From Klebsormidium nitens (taxonomy: Eukaryota; Plantae; Klebsormidiophyceae), in contig DF236963.1 in NCBI GenBank assembly GCA_000708835.1, positions 370,276-434,275 on the forward strand: a stretch of DNA of 64,000 nucleotides, written 5' to 3'. The translations under genes and the position numbers were made by a program. The notes under the pieces are model-generated. The model was given only the letters and a program-made list of their open reading frames with translations. It was not told the origin of the DNA and did not search any database. Positions 38,401 through 50,308 of the stretch are shown here, piece after piece (position 1 is the stretch's first letter; the number at the start of each line of letters is the position of its first letter).

Positions 38401-41400
38401 TTTGACCAACTACGGTGTATGTTGAATGGCACTTGAAACCAGTACCGGTCGGATGACAGAGCGAGCATTAAAGTTGGCACTTGAAATAGGACAAAAAGGA
38501 AACAAACAAGCCTGGAAACTTCTCACCAGAAAACATACGAAGGACTGCCCCAAGCTAACCTGAAGTCAAACACGTATAACTGAGTCGGATCCCGAGACGA
38601 CGGTCGGACTCGGGTTAAAGGGGTAGCGGCTCAAAAACATGTCAGGTGAAGGCTTTGCGTCAACAGCAAGAGACAAACGTACCCGTGCAAGCCACACAGG
38701 GAGTCCTCTCATTTTGATGCTACTGGGAAAGAAGCATTTGGAGGAGAGCACACCAATCCCGTATCCAAAAACGATGGACTCGCTTTCATACTGTTTGGAG
38801 AACATGTCGCACGTCCCGCTACTCCAGGAGCAAATTTAAAATTACGACTCTAACGGGCGCACAGTGCGGCATCATTCCGAGCAACGGCTTGAGGCATTCA
38901 AGCAGCCCCGGTTGCAAAATCCTGGCCGATATTTTGATTGCCCTAATAAAAAAAATATCCCCAGGACAAACCCGGCTCAAGTCACTAACGTTTTCAGAAG
39001 CCATCAAGTCCACAGGAGTCCTTAGGAACTTACAGGTCTAAAAGAAAGAAGCGAAGCTTACAGACCAATAATCAAACAAATGACAACGAAAAGTCCACTT
39101 TGTAGCCCTGAAACGTGTCGACTGCTTTTTGTTGCATCAGCTCCGCCCTGCAGAAGCGGAGGGCGCAGACTTCAAACTGCATCTCCGAATATCAAAGGAG
39201 GTCCGACTCTATCAAAGGACTGCCAAAAGTGCTGACGTCAGCGAACCCGCATCAGCCTGGGCAATCACGAAGCCCAGGCCGGGCTCCGCATCATCGCCAA
39301 ATTACAGTCGCACAAGCGCAATCTGTCGATGCGCTATATGCAACGCAATTTGACCCTTGACAAACTCACTGTGACTGGGGGTGACCAACCAGGCTCAGAA
39401 TCGAACCACCATGCGAAAGGGAGCCAAAGCAATTACAGGAGACATGCCGAGTGTTACCGAAGTGGCAGTGCACAAGTTGAGTTGAGCAACTTTAGTCGCG
39501 GGGTCGACGCAGGACATGTATTCGAACCTTGCTGTGGATGGCGTCAAAGATCGCATAGAGGAAACGGGTCTCGATACAACCAGATTGATAATTCGCATCA
39601 TCGCCTAGTGGTTTGTTAGCTGAAAATTTAGCACTGAAGGGTAGTATGTTTGATAATCTCACAAAGGCACCTCGTACCGCACCAAACGACCGACGGCAGA
39701 TCCAACAAGGGTCGGATACAAGCGCTACAATCCTGGTTAATCCGGCTTAGCATGAGGCCTCGTAACGCAGACTGTAAAACAATTCCACCATTCCAACCAA
39801 GATTTTAAGGAACCCTTTCGAATCAAAGAAACCATGCGTGTGTTGCATATTTGGGCCAGAACGGCGGATGTCGGCAGACAGCGGACAGAGCTTTAGAGGA
39901 ACAAGATTGGTTCGAGTTGCAAGCCAAGCGGCCCTGGAATGTGCGGCAAGCGACAAGCGACTCCGAGCAGTATCAATACACGTCTGAGCTGTTTCAGGCT
40001 CGATACTCGTTCTCATCAAGGTCTCCCGCGAGATAAAAGCAGAGGCGCACCAAGATCGGAGAGCACAAAAGCAAATTGTCGGTCGCAGCAGAGTTTAAGA
40101 ACGCTTACGAACGGTGCCCTCAAAGCGGCGCGAAAACGACATTCCTGCGTCCTTCTTGCACCAATGGTAGACGATGAGGACTCTGCCGCTAAAAGAAGCG
40201 TCGCTTCGAACAGCGGAATGCAGGTAGAAAGTATGCACGACAGCGGCTTGGGTCTTCAAAAGCTCAAGGAAAACGGCGACCGGGAACGAAAGGTGGAACA
40301 AGGGCATGGCGGGGCTTTCTCTGACCACGGAACAACCGAAATGTAGCATAAGGAGACCTCAGAGATCGTATGAGCCAATATGCTCACCAATCTCCATCGT
40401 CTTACGGCCACCTTCCAACTGTATTTGAGTTCCTACGTCAGCTTCCACGAGAAGGGCATGCCTTTCAAACCCAGGCGGCGTCTGACAAATCACTGCTGGG
40501 CTTGCTCCTCTTCCAAAGGCACTCAAACACAAGAAATGCAGTACGTATGCCACGGATTGCGTATGGAGTGTCACCGACACCTGGCGGAAAGTCCCCAATT
40601 ACTCTGGTCGGGCAACGGGCAATCACACGCAGAAGCCCGGCTCTCTCGTGGAAAAATCAACGACAAACATCTCTCACAGAAGTGTGTTTCACCTGGAAGG
40701 CCGTGCCTCGCATAAAGATACAGCAAGACGTTGCAAAGACGATATCCAGCTTTGTCATGCAGCCTTTGAAGTATGGCATCAGAGAGAAAAGCCATCTTTG
40801 AGGCACACAGTCTGTGCGGCCCATCATATCCGCACAATCACGGCCCCTAATTGTACGAAAAAGTAGACTCAGCAGCAAGGGCAACAAAAGCGGCATCGAA
40901 AGGCCGCCAATCACAGGAGGGAACTTATGAGTTGCAGCTCTAAGTAAGGCCCGACCAAGAACCTCAAAGAGCATCTGATTTGTGATGCTAACCCATGTCA
41001 GGCAATAAGTAGACACCTTTGAGAGTCAACCTTGTGACAAAGTGCAAACGCACGTACAAATTAAACAGGTGAAAGGTCCGAAGGGGCAAAAGGAAACCTC
41101 ATCAAAGTCGGATAACACAGAGGCGCAGATCTGGAATGGACGACTCTCTGTTGAATTAGTCCAAGTCGAAGGGGATGCAAACTTACAGCAGCCTTACAAA
41201 GACCCTGCTGTTGGCCTTTTAACCTCCAACACGTCGATGCAAGCGATTAGAAGAGGTATAACATCCGTGAATTGGTTGAAAGCAATGGCCAATCAGGTAG
41301 AGTTGCAGTTCCCAACTCTGAGCTGGACCTGCGGAAGGGTCCCACTGCAGGCGTAATCCCCAAACACTAACCTCAAAAACCAGACGTGCGATTGAAGGAG

Positions 41401-43045
41401 AGCTCTTGGTCAACCAACCCATAATTCGTCAAGAAGGACGTTTGAGTTGCTGTCACATCACAAGAAGGACCCGCAACCAACGCGAGCCAGCCAATCGCAC
41501 ACTTTCAAAGATTGGACGACCAGTCAAAGAACGGCTCTTGAGGAACAACTAGCTTTTACCACGTCAAAAAAGTAAAAACCTCTAGATTCTCAGCGCTCAC
41601 CACCAGGAGGTCCTCTTGGGTAGCTTCTTGCGGCTCAACCACTTCATCCCGCCGCACTTGGCCGCCCTCCAGAAGAAAGGCATGGCATCGCCGCCACTTG
41701 GTTGAGTCGAATGGGTGCCTGCAGGGAGCAGTCAAACAAAATTAGAGCCATGGATGGTGAGTTCATGGTTGACCACGTTATACTTTGCCAATACAGGGGC
41801 AAAAGGGATAGATACGCGACTCAAACAGGATATCTGGAAGAAATTCTGAGACATCGAAACGTCTGAAAACCTTTTTTTTGAGAAATTGTGGTCAATTGCT
41901 GCCGGCCAGCTTCAGATAAAGTGAGGGAATGACATGAGGTCGACGAGAGCTTTGCTGACACGTTTTCAATGTATCTCAACGCCTCAATAGATCCCAGCTG
42001 TCTAATTTGAATGCCCTGCAGACTCAGGTCCATTTTAGTTCAATTGCAATAGGCCCGTGACAACAGATTGACATTCGAGCCCTTTGACCAATGTTCTGTA
42101 TCAGTTAGTAATCTGTCATGGACAGTTTCATGTTTTGAGCCACCTACCATATAAAAAAGCATTGTTTTTCCAGGCAGACGTCTCAAAAGATGGATCTGTG
42201 CTTGAAAATTCTTCATTGACTTTCTTGATGACATCCCTGCACTGACCACGAATTCCACATCTTAGCCATCTTTTGACTGTGCAAAGTATAATTGACCTAA
42301 GAAGGAACTTACATTTTCTCCAGGCCAAAGAAGGTGATGTCGTAGTTCGATGTGTACAGAATTGGTTGCTTGTTGGCTGGTACATCAAAGTAGAGCGAAC
42401 TGCGTGCGATGCGGTCTGCTGCTTCCTTGTCCACCGGCCCTGCAAATATGCCATGTATGAGACTTTCAGAGCAAGAAAACAGAAAAATAGACAGTCAGGT
42501 ACTTGAAACCGCAGGGTGTGTGCAGAATGGTTTACTCACTGACAACATCAGCACTTTCTTATGAAAGAACGCGATGTCTTGCTGTTGAACTATGCTGACT
42601 CTGCTATCCTTAGTAAAGCTAGCCCTTTGGAAGAAAGGCACTGATAATCAACACCAACGCATCCTTCTTGTTAGCATGCCCCATGCGCAGTGATTGGTTT
42701 GAATGCTTTTGTATGTTTAACGATTTTGAATGTAATTCAGGCAACCAGTTGTGAGGTTTTGTTCTGACCTACATTTCATTACATCCCTTGCAAGCACTTG
42801 GAGGACAAATCACTCATCATGAACTAGTCACGAATCTTCCAGCAACTAGCTTGCAATGCTGAAGCATCATTGTTGAATGCAGCAACGTGCTTGCAGCCTA
42901 CTATAGGAGCGAACTGCCAAGCAACTTCCTGTCTGCATTGCACGTCATCCTCACCTGTGCCAGATGCCTCAGCTCGATTGAGCATCTCAGAAGGTCCAGC
43001 CCCCTCAGCTGGCTCGGGTTTGGATATGGCCCGAGTCACGACCAT
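32455..43045 (-). CDS. HDA2: Class IV histone deacetylase (HDA2/HDAC11-like), about 374 aa. Exons 43045-42955, 42439-42313, 41718-41601, 35647-35454, 34888-34736, 34387-34279, 33810-33760, 33191-33017, 32561-32455. Start codon tentative.
   Basis: Motifs LYFDVP, YDITFFGLEKMHPFDSTKW, GWAINIGGGFHHC, GGGFCAYADI, VMIVDLDAHQGNGHERD, YNAGTDVLQGDPLG, TSGGY. Phases sum to 1125 nt. One junction (34736) is non-canonical as written. Confidence 0.93.
35730..36200 (-). pseudogene. Tandem array of four decayed copies of the HDA2 exon-4 acceptor and 5' end, period about 130-145 bp
   Basis: Copies start at 35786 (ACTPAYLASLRNPVTVA), 35916 (AHTPTCFARLRSSVTVA), 36045 (AHAL**..SLRSSVTLAQI) and about 36190 (YSASL../SSGTVA). 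The true exon reads AHTPEYLASLRTSVTVAQI. Confidence 0.88.
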
Positions 43046-43839
43046 GGCTTTGCTAGGACTAATTCTAGGTGACCTTCTGAACGACGGAAGTGCTGGCCGG
43101 TGAAGTATCAGCAACTGCACGGAGATCAAAGCAGGGCACAGAAGCGCTTGCATGCTGCGAAGCCTGCTTCAATTGTAGCCTCCAAGACGGGCTTCGGGAC
43201 AGCCCCCATGAACGCTTCAGAAAAGTTTGCTGCAGCCTCAGGCTCAGAGGCCAGCTGATCGAGCCTCCACAGCTGGAAAGAACTAGAGCGGCTGGTATCT
43301 GCGCAAGCACTTGAGACCGTTAGCGGTTCAATTGACCGATTAGACGGTTCTTCACCCGGGGAGCGAAATGACGTGTACCCTGTAGGACAGAGCAGTGGTC
43401 TATAGACTCCCGTTTCCTTGGACGACGGCACTGAAACTTTGAAAGCCATTACCGTTTCACCGTCACACTACTGAGGCAGTGACGTCAACAGCCGGACTGC
43501 TTGTGGACGAAAGTTTAGGTAATATCAAAATTATTCAAGTTTGAACAGTCCTAGAAAACGCTGGCAAAGCAGCAAAGCAGCAAAGCAGAGTTTCAAAGCA
43601 GCTGACTTTGTTCCTGCAGCTGCAGGAGGCATCGATACACCCTGGTGCCACCGTAGTCGGCGTAGAAGAGTTGGCGCTGTCACATTTGCCGCAGGGTTAC
43701 GTCGAACTGGCCGACTCCCAATTAGGTAGAGCCATTGGTTCCCTCTTGAACGAGCCTGCCACACATGCTGCAGTCTCCTTAAGGAAGTACTTGATTGAAG
43801 TGGAAATTACTTTAACTTCGGTTCTAGTTTTGGAGCTAC

Positions 43840-46800
43840 ATGGATGTGTCGCAGATCAGCTGGACAGTGGAGGAGATTCTCCCAGAGGATGAAGAAGACA
43901 GGGGCAATGGTACTTTGCTCACACTCTGTTGTTCTGCAACTTTCAATCTTGGCTGCCCATCAACCCACAGCATTGTGCCTTTCAAGGCTTGCTAGAATGC
44001 AGAAGTGGTCGTCAATCTTGTCGGAGTGTGGTGGTCTGTTGTGCAAGGTTTTATTCACCCTCATCTTGTAGGCAGCAGCTTCATTGGCTGCTCAGTCTCC
44101 GCATCGTGCCGTCTGCCTGGAAAGGTCTGATCCGGTAGCAGTATGTCACATCTTTGATAGCAACTTAGAACCAAGCTATGGTAGTGCAAGCTATGGTAGT
44201 GCAGTGCATGCCCTTTACGTACAAACATAAAAAGTCCCAATGCCGAATTTTGTCTCTGCAGTGCCTGTCTATGCTGCAGACATCCCAGAACCAAAGCTGG
44301 CAAGTCCTATATTGAGGTGAGGTGATTGAAGCATGCCATCTTGTTGCCACCGGTTGCAGTTGAATCCTTCCAACAAGACACTCCTGATTCATACAGCCTG
44401 CTGACAGGACCATGTCGAATAGCTCGACATCACCCCTGTAGTCCTCAACAACGAAAGAAAGTCGTCTGAAGTGCTCTGAGCCTGAAGAATGCATCATGCA
44501 AAGGCAGTCTAAGTCCAAAGGGCCAGGCGAAGCGTACTGATTGGTTGGCAAAGATCCTCGGCGGAGCCTATTCTTGTGCAGGGCTCTTGGCGACGCTCAC
44601 CCGCTGCCACGGCTGACGCACGTGAAGAGGATTCGGAAGACACAAGGTCCAGACGGTGAGACTTCTTTGGTAGTCATTGTTTCGCTCTCAGACAAGGCTC
44701 AACGGTACGGTCAGGCTTTGCGGGCTCACTCCGTGACTTGTTGTATCTGTCATGCCTACTGAGCTCCTGATTTATGGCCAGCCTGACAATATCAGGGGCA
44801 CAGCGCCCCAGACCAAGAGATGAATCAATCAATCAAAGACCAGCCGTATATGCTGTATGTTGCATAAGAGGCCGTTCCTTTGATGTGCCAGAAAGCACGA
44901 AAAGGGTACCTATAGCTCTGAACGCATATTTTGGTCCAGGAAACAATCTAGAGTTCTGACAGCTGCTGATTCGCAAACAGACGCATGGAGTCCCAACCTC
45001 TAAAGTCCTCGATTCGCTGCAGGTGCGCCAAGGATGTCGATCGTCCTTTGCCCGGTGGCAGAAGCTGCGTCAAGGTTCGGAAGCGAGCCCGTCGTCCTTC
45101 CGGACGCTGTCGCAGCTGTGTGTGAGAAGTACGGCCTGAGCCCCTTCCTGGCAGAGGTGCGTCTCATTTCCTCCACCAATCAAAATCCCCGCTAGTCTTA
45201 GATTCTGCTCAAATGGTTATTCATTTCTGTCAAGCAAAGAAGCTGGGCCTAGCATCCTCTTTTGGATGAAACCGAAGCGCACGTTACGAGCTTCCCGCTT
45301 GTTGACTGGCGATGGTCGTATTTCGTCACATTCGATTCTAATCATGCCCCGCCCTTCAGGTTCCGGGGCGGCCTGCCAGAACCCTCGAAGAGAGCAAAGA
45401 CGATTGCCAGGTCTGGCCCGTCACGTTTCACCCAAATAGAGAAGGGTAAGCAAAGATATCTCTACAAAGCTCAACCACATGCCAGGTCACCTGTGCTCAT
45501 ATGGGGATCGAATTCAATCGTCGCCTGTTTCTTGCCTTAGCTTTCTCGTTCAGGTTTTCTTGGCTTTCTCTCGTTCAGGTAGCCTTGGCTTTCTCGTTCA
45601 GGTTTTCGATTTCCTCGAGCGCCCAGTCTTGCTTGGCAGGTTCCATCTGACTCTTCTCAATCTGATCACGGATCAGGACCCTCAGAAACTTTGAAAGACG
45701 GTGCAAGGCTTTTGCAATTGTGTGAAGCTTCTTCGGGGAACCTCAATGCTGATAAGTCGATATCAATCTGGCTCACGAAGTAGAACCCTTGCAGGGCGGG
45801 CCCTGTTAAAGAGGAGCTGTCCGAAGAGGACCTGCGCGCGATGTGGCGGTTCATGCAGGCGGCGCTGAAGGAGGCAAAGAAAGCGGCGGACTGCGGACAG
45901 GTGCGTGCGGACGTCCGTCTTCCCTAGCTCTTTGCTCTTAGAGCGTCCGACTGAAAGAGATCTGCGGTGCTTACGTTCCACAATCAACTTTCCTTTGATT
46001 GACTTGCATTGACTTGTTTCTCCGTGTTTCCTCGCGTTCGACACTTCTTTGCGGTCGAGGTACAAATCAATGAAAGCCTAAAAATTCAGGCGGCCAGTTT
46101 CTTAAGTATCAGGTTTGATTTCCTGCTTGCTGTCAGCGTCTGCTACTCGAATTTTGGAAGTGCACCCGATGGCCAAGGCGCCCTCAAACTAGCGGAGCCT
46201 GCAAGTTAGAGTGGAAATTCTCGATACTATGCCTGGTGCGTGCTTGGAAGACCATTTTGTCTGCTCAGCAATTCATCGCAGCAAGGTCATCTTTTTGTAG
46301 CCTTTGGAATTTCTCACCTTGAAACACTTAGGCTTGAAAATGAGAACGCCACAGCGATTGGGGGCTCTCTTCGTTACCGAATTGACCTCTCCTTCACCAA
46401 GTTGCTCTGAAACGGCGGAATTAGCTTCCTCGAGTTCGCTTACGCCTGATGGACATAGGCATCAAAATCCCGCCAGCGGAGATCACGAGCTTCAGATTCA
46501 AAACCTTGCCTGGTTCCACAATACTTGGTTCAATAAAGAGTCGCGCTCAAACTCTCCGCTCGTTTCTGCAGCCCGCCAACGGCTGCGTCATTGTAGACCC
46601 CGCCACGCATCGCATCGTCGCGTCCGGATTCGACCACAGCGGCCGTCCCTCGGGACACTCCGCCACAATGCCCAAAGGCGCCCTCCTAAAACGGCCGCAG
46701 CCCATCATCTCAAATCCGCCACCTGTAAGGCCGTCACTAGATACGGCCGAATCTTCCTTGGCAGCTAGCGCGACTCCCTCGGCACCGTCCGATAATACGA

Positions 46801-47987
46801 TCATCGGCGGTCGTCCTCTGGACGGCGCGTGTTGCGCTCAACCGTCAGAGCCGTCCGTTAGGGTGATCCACGGCGGAGATGCTTCGGAACGCGCAGGCCC
46901 GTCGAAATTGCCGTCAGCTAAAGGATGTAGGATACAATGGCACCCGCTGAAGCACGCGGCGATCGTGGCCGTCGATGCGTGCGCGCGGGCAGATCACGAG
47001 CAGTTTCCAGACTTCGGCCGCCACAGCGTTGAGCGGAGTAGAGAACTAGAACGCGAGCAAGATGCGGACGGCTCGCAGCCCGCGGCTTCCGTCTCGAGCA
47101 TTCAAGAACGAAAACTAGATCAGGGCTCTCTCGTCGAAAATCGGTCGACAAGGACAGTTACAGAAAGTAACGTAACAGAATCCCGTAGTGAGAGACCGTT
47201 AGGCAAAACACCCGCGGACATCGGAGAAGAAGTTGCCGAAAACGACGAGAAGAGGCGGAAGCTGGGCTCCTCCAGTCTGGACGATACGGGGGCCCGGGCG
47301 GGCGTGTTTGCGACTAAGCCGTATCTTTGCACCGGTTTCGATGCATACCTCGTGAGGGAACCCTGTACAGTGTGAGTTCCATTGTCTTGGCTTCTTCGGG
47401 TGAAAGTAGGTCGATTTTGTTTCACGGAACCCTGTACAAAGTCAACTGTATTTGTGGTCGCCTTGATTTGGGAGGTCGTTGTATCAGTCAGCATGATGAA
47501 ACCAGGCTAGTTGAAAGGCGTCAAAGCAGAGCGCAAGACGCATGTTTGAGATCTGGTGAGGATGTTCTTTTGTTGGCAGCCTCCATTCCTTCTGCTCCAT
47601 TACATTCCCTTGCTCAGCCTGTTTTGGCAACCCTTCTTGCATTGGATTATTTCGTCGGGGTTTCTGCCATTCCAAACATGCTGTTAGTTCGAAGAAGTGT
47701 CGAAATGGTCAGAAACAGAGTGTTCCCGGTAGTGCCACTGTGCAGGCGTCCACGCAACAGCCAATCTTGTTGAGGAGCAAAAGCAGGTCTGCTCGTTTTC
47801 TTTGTGCAGGTGTGCAATGGCGTTGGTCCACAGCCGTATTCGACGGGTTATATACGGCATCAGTAACTCACGAACGGGGGCCCTTGGGGGGCGCTACAAC
47901 TTGCAGACGAAAAAGAGCCTTAACCATCATTACAAGGTCTTTTGCATGAAACTCCACGAGAGTGAGGTAAAGAAGGCACTGTGTTGA
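43840..47987 (+). CDS. TAD3: tRNA adenosine-34 deaminase non-catalytic subunit TAD3/ADAT3, 500 aa. Exons 43840-43909, 44262-44316, 44582-44655, 45023-45156, 45360-45445, 45795-45900, 46572-47371, 47810-47987.
   Basis: Eight canonical exons total 1503 nt. Motifs PLPRLTHVKRIRK, WPVTFHP, NGCVIVDP, HPLKHAA (catalytic Glu replaced, as in ADAT3), [42 protein letters not shown]. Confidence 0.94.
45535..45608 (+). repeat. Three tandem ~23-25-bp units (CTTGGCTTTCTCGTTCAGGT) in TAD3 intron 5
   Basis: Seen directly; each unit ends in TTCAG-GT. Confidence 0.9.
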
Positions 47988-50308
47988 CAATTTGTTCATG
48001 GAGGGCGTGATTCCACGCCATATTCGCGGACAGTATCAGCTCATAATGTACTTGAAAGGTGCTTGAAAGCAAGTACTGGCATCACGTGGTTGAAATTTCT
48101 TGCCGAGCGGTATACGTGTCGCTTATCGTCCAAGTCGCTGCATGCTCGACATACTGTCACACCGAGCTAGCATTGAACACTGACCATATGTCACCATATG
48201 TCATGTTGATCATGGATTTGCAGCAAGGTCCGGAGTCTTCTCTCATATAACACTACAAAGCCACGAAAGAGGATGCTTCCATTCAGCAGTCTTAGATTAT
48301 CGATCAAATCATCACATTTTACAGATGGTAGTTTCTTATTTATTACACCTTAGCCACATTAGAGCCATGGAGCACGGTCTCCGGCAGACCCGACAGATGC
48401 TAGGCGGCATGGGATGAATCCGACTCGCGGACTCAACAAAGCTCTGAGACGTAGCTTCTACGGCTCGAGTCCCCGCTAGCCCTGTAGCGGCGAGGCGCAT
48501 GCCCTTTAGCGGCGAGGCGCCGCATACCTATACGCCGCGATACGCCTGACCGGCTGCGAGCTAGAGCAGCGGAAAAGAGAGATGTGAACGGTAATGGGTC
48601 CTGACCCAAGCAGGCGAGCCCGTGGTGCCGGTTTGTGCAACAGCCAGGCCAGCCTCAAAACGTCCCACCTCGGTCACGAGTGAAGACGTCTCTGATGGCT
48701 GAATGCCGTTGAGTACCTTTACCGGTGTTCTTCCGACAGCGTCAAGGCATTCCCCCACGGGGGGTCCCACGAGTGGCAACTTGCAAGCGCACTGCTTGGA
48801 ATCAAGACTCAAGAGAATTGTGCAAACTGAACGTTGACATCCTTGCTGAGGTCCTCGAAAGGTCCGCCCTAGCTGCGCGTCATTGAACTTGGAAGGGCCA
48901 GGTTGTCCTTTTCAGTTGAGGCCGATCTTGTGAGGAACTGTGGTTTGCTTCGAATCCACAGGAAGAGAAACAAGTACTGCTTTCCAATCTATCGCTCAAT
49001 TGTTCAAACAAGAAGACCAGCCAGCGAGATTAGAATGCTCTGGATGAGCCAAGAGAGCGCGATTTTCTTTGAACATCTGAACAAGAGGGTCCCACACGAG
49101 GAAGTAGCAGGTGACTTTTTGTCCATTCTTATCTTGCTTTCACGCTCAAAGTAAGCCTTACTGAACATAGTTCTGCTGCATTGCAGCACATCCTCACAAT
49201 GTCGATCTTGAAGAGCACTTCATTCAACACATGCTACAGGGAACAGGAAGCTGGTTCGAATAGCACATTGCTCAAGACAACTGTAGCTAAGGTGATTCCT
49301 GGAAGTCTGATATTCAAAAGGAACATGGTCGATTTGGACTTGAAAAACATATGATCAAACATCATTGTTTGCAAGCCAAGTGATCACCACCCCCATTTGC
49401 TCCGCATCATTTGCAAGTATGCCGTTTCTTTGCCTTTGTTTACATGTCCTTGATACTTTGAGCATTGATCACATCGTCATCGTTGACTTGCAAACGCATC
49501 TCCCCTCAAGTCTTTTGTTCCACGTAGATACCAGATTGATGAAGGAAGTGAGAGATTGAGCAGGCTCCGTATATTGTAGACTTGGTTATTACAAGCTTGC
49601 AGCAATGCTTGATCAACCCTCGCTTATATTGCATTGCCTGTACCTTGTGCTGCTCAAACAGTCCTCATATGTAATCCTTTTTAAAAGAGTAATCGAAGGA
49701 AAAGAGTCTTTCTGTTCTCTTCAAAGCTCAGCTCGGCATGCTGTTCCAGCTATCTCCTGACTTCAACGTCACATCTGCAACAGTCCTCATGTTGATTACC
49801 TACCTCTTCCAGGTTCCGGGCCGAGTGTTGTACGACAATTTGGACCGCTTCTGAGTTGTCGCCTTTGAAGAGTTGAGGTAAGTAGTCTTTCTGCTCTCAT
49901 TACAAAGTCCGTCTGTCCTTGGAGTTGCCATTAGTCAAGAAGGTGATCCATTGAGCATAGAGCTTTTCCCTCCTCTTAACTTCAGTGATTTGCAGTAGAT
50001 ATTTCACCTAGGACTTTTCAGCATCGAAACCTCAGCATTACTGAGTTTCCCAGTCAAACTCCCGGCAAGGCCTGTTTCACATCTGTTCCTGCTTCTATTA
50101 GCGGCAACCCCAAAAACTGGACAAGCATGCTTAATCGGTCACTCTTCTTGTCTCTGCAGGCTCCTCCTTCTTGATCTGATCAAGATGTGCGCGTAATCCT
50201 TCCTCTGGGACAGTTACATCAAGGTTTAACCACTGTCAACAGACTTGTTCTGGGGCGACCATCCCCTCGAAGAGCTTCAGGCTTTAGTACTTCCCCACTG
50301 CAAAACCA

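Noticed and set aside
39790-39850. HGFFDSKG resembling HDA2 HPFDSTKW
   Set aside because: No nucleotide similarity or splice signals; the true exon is at 41718-41601
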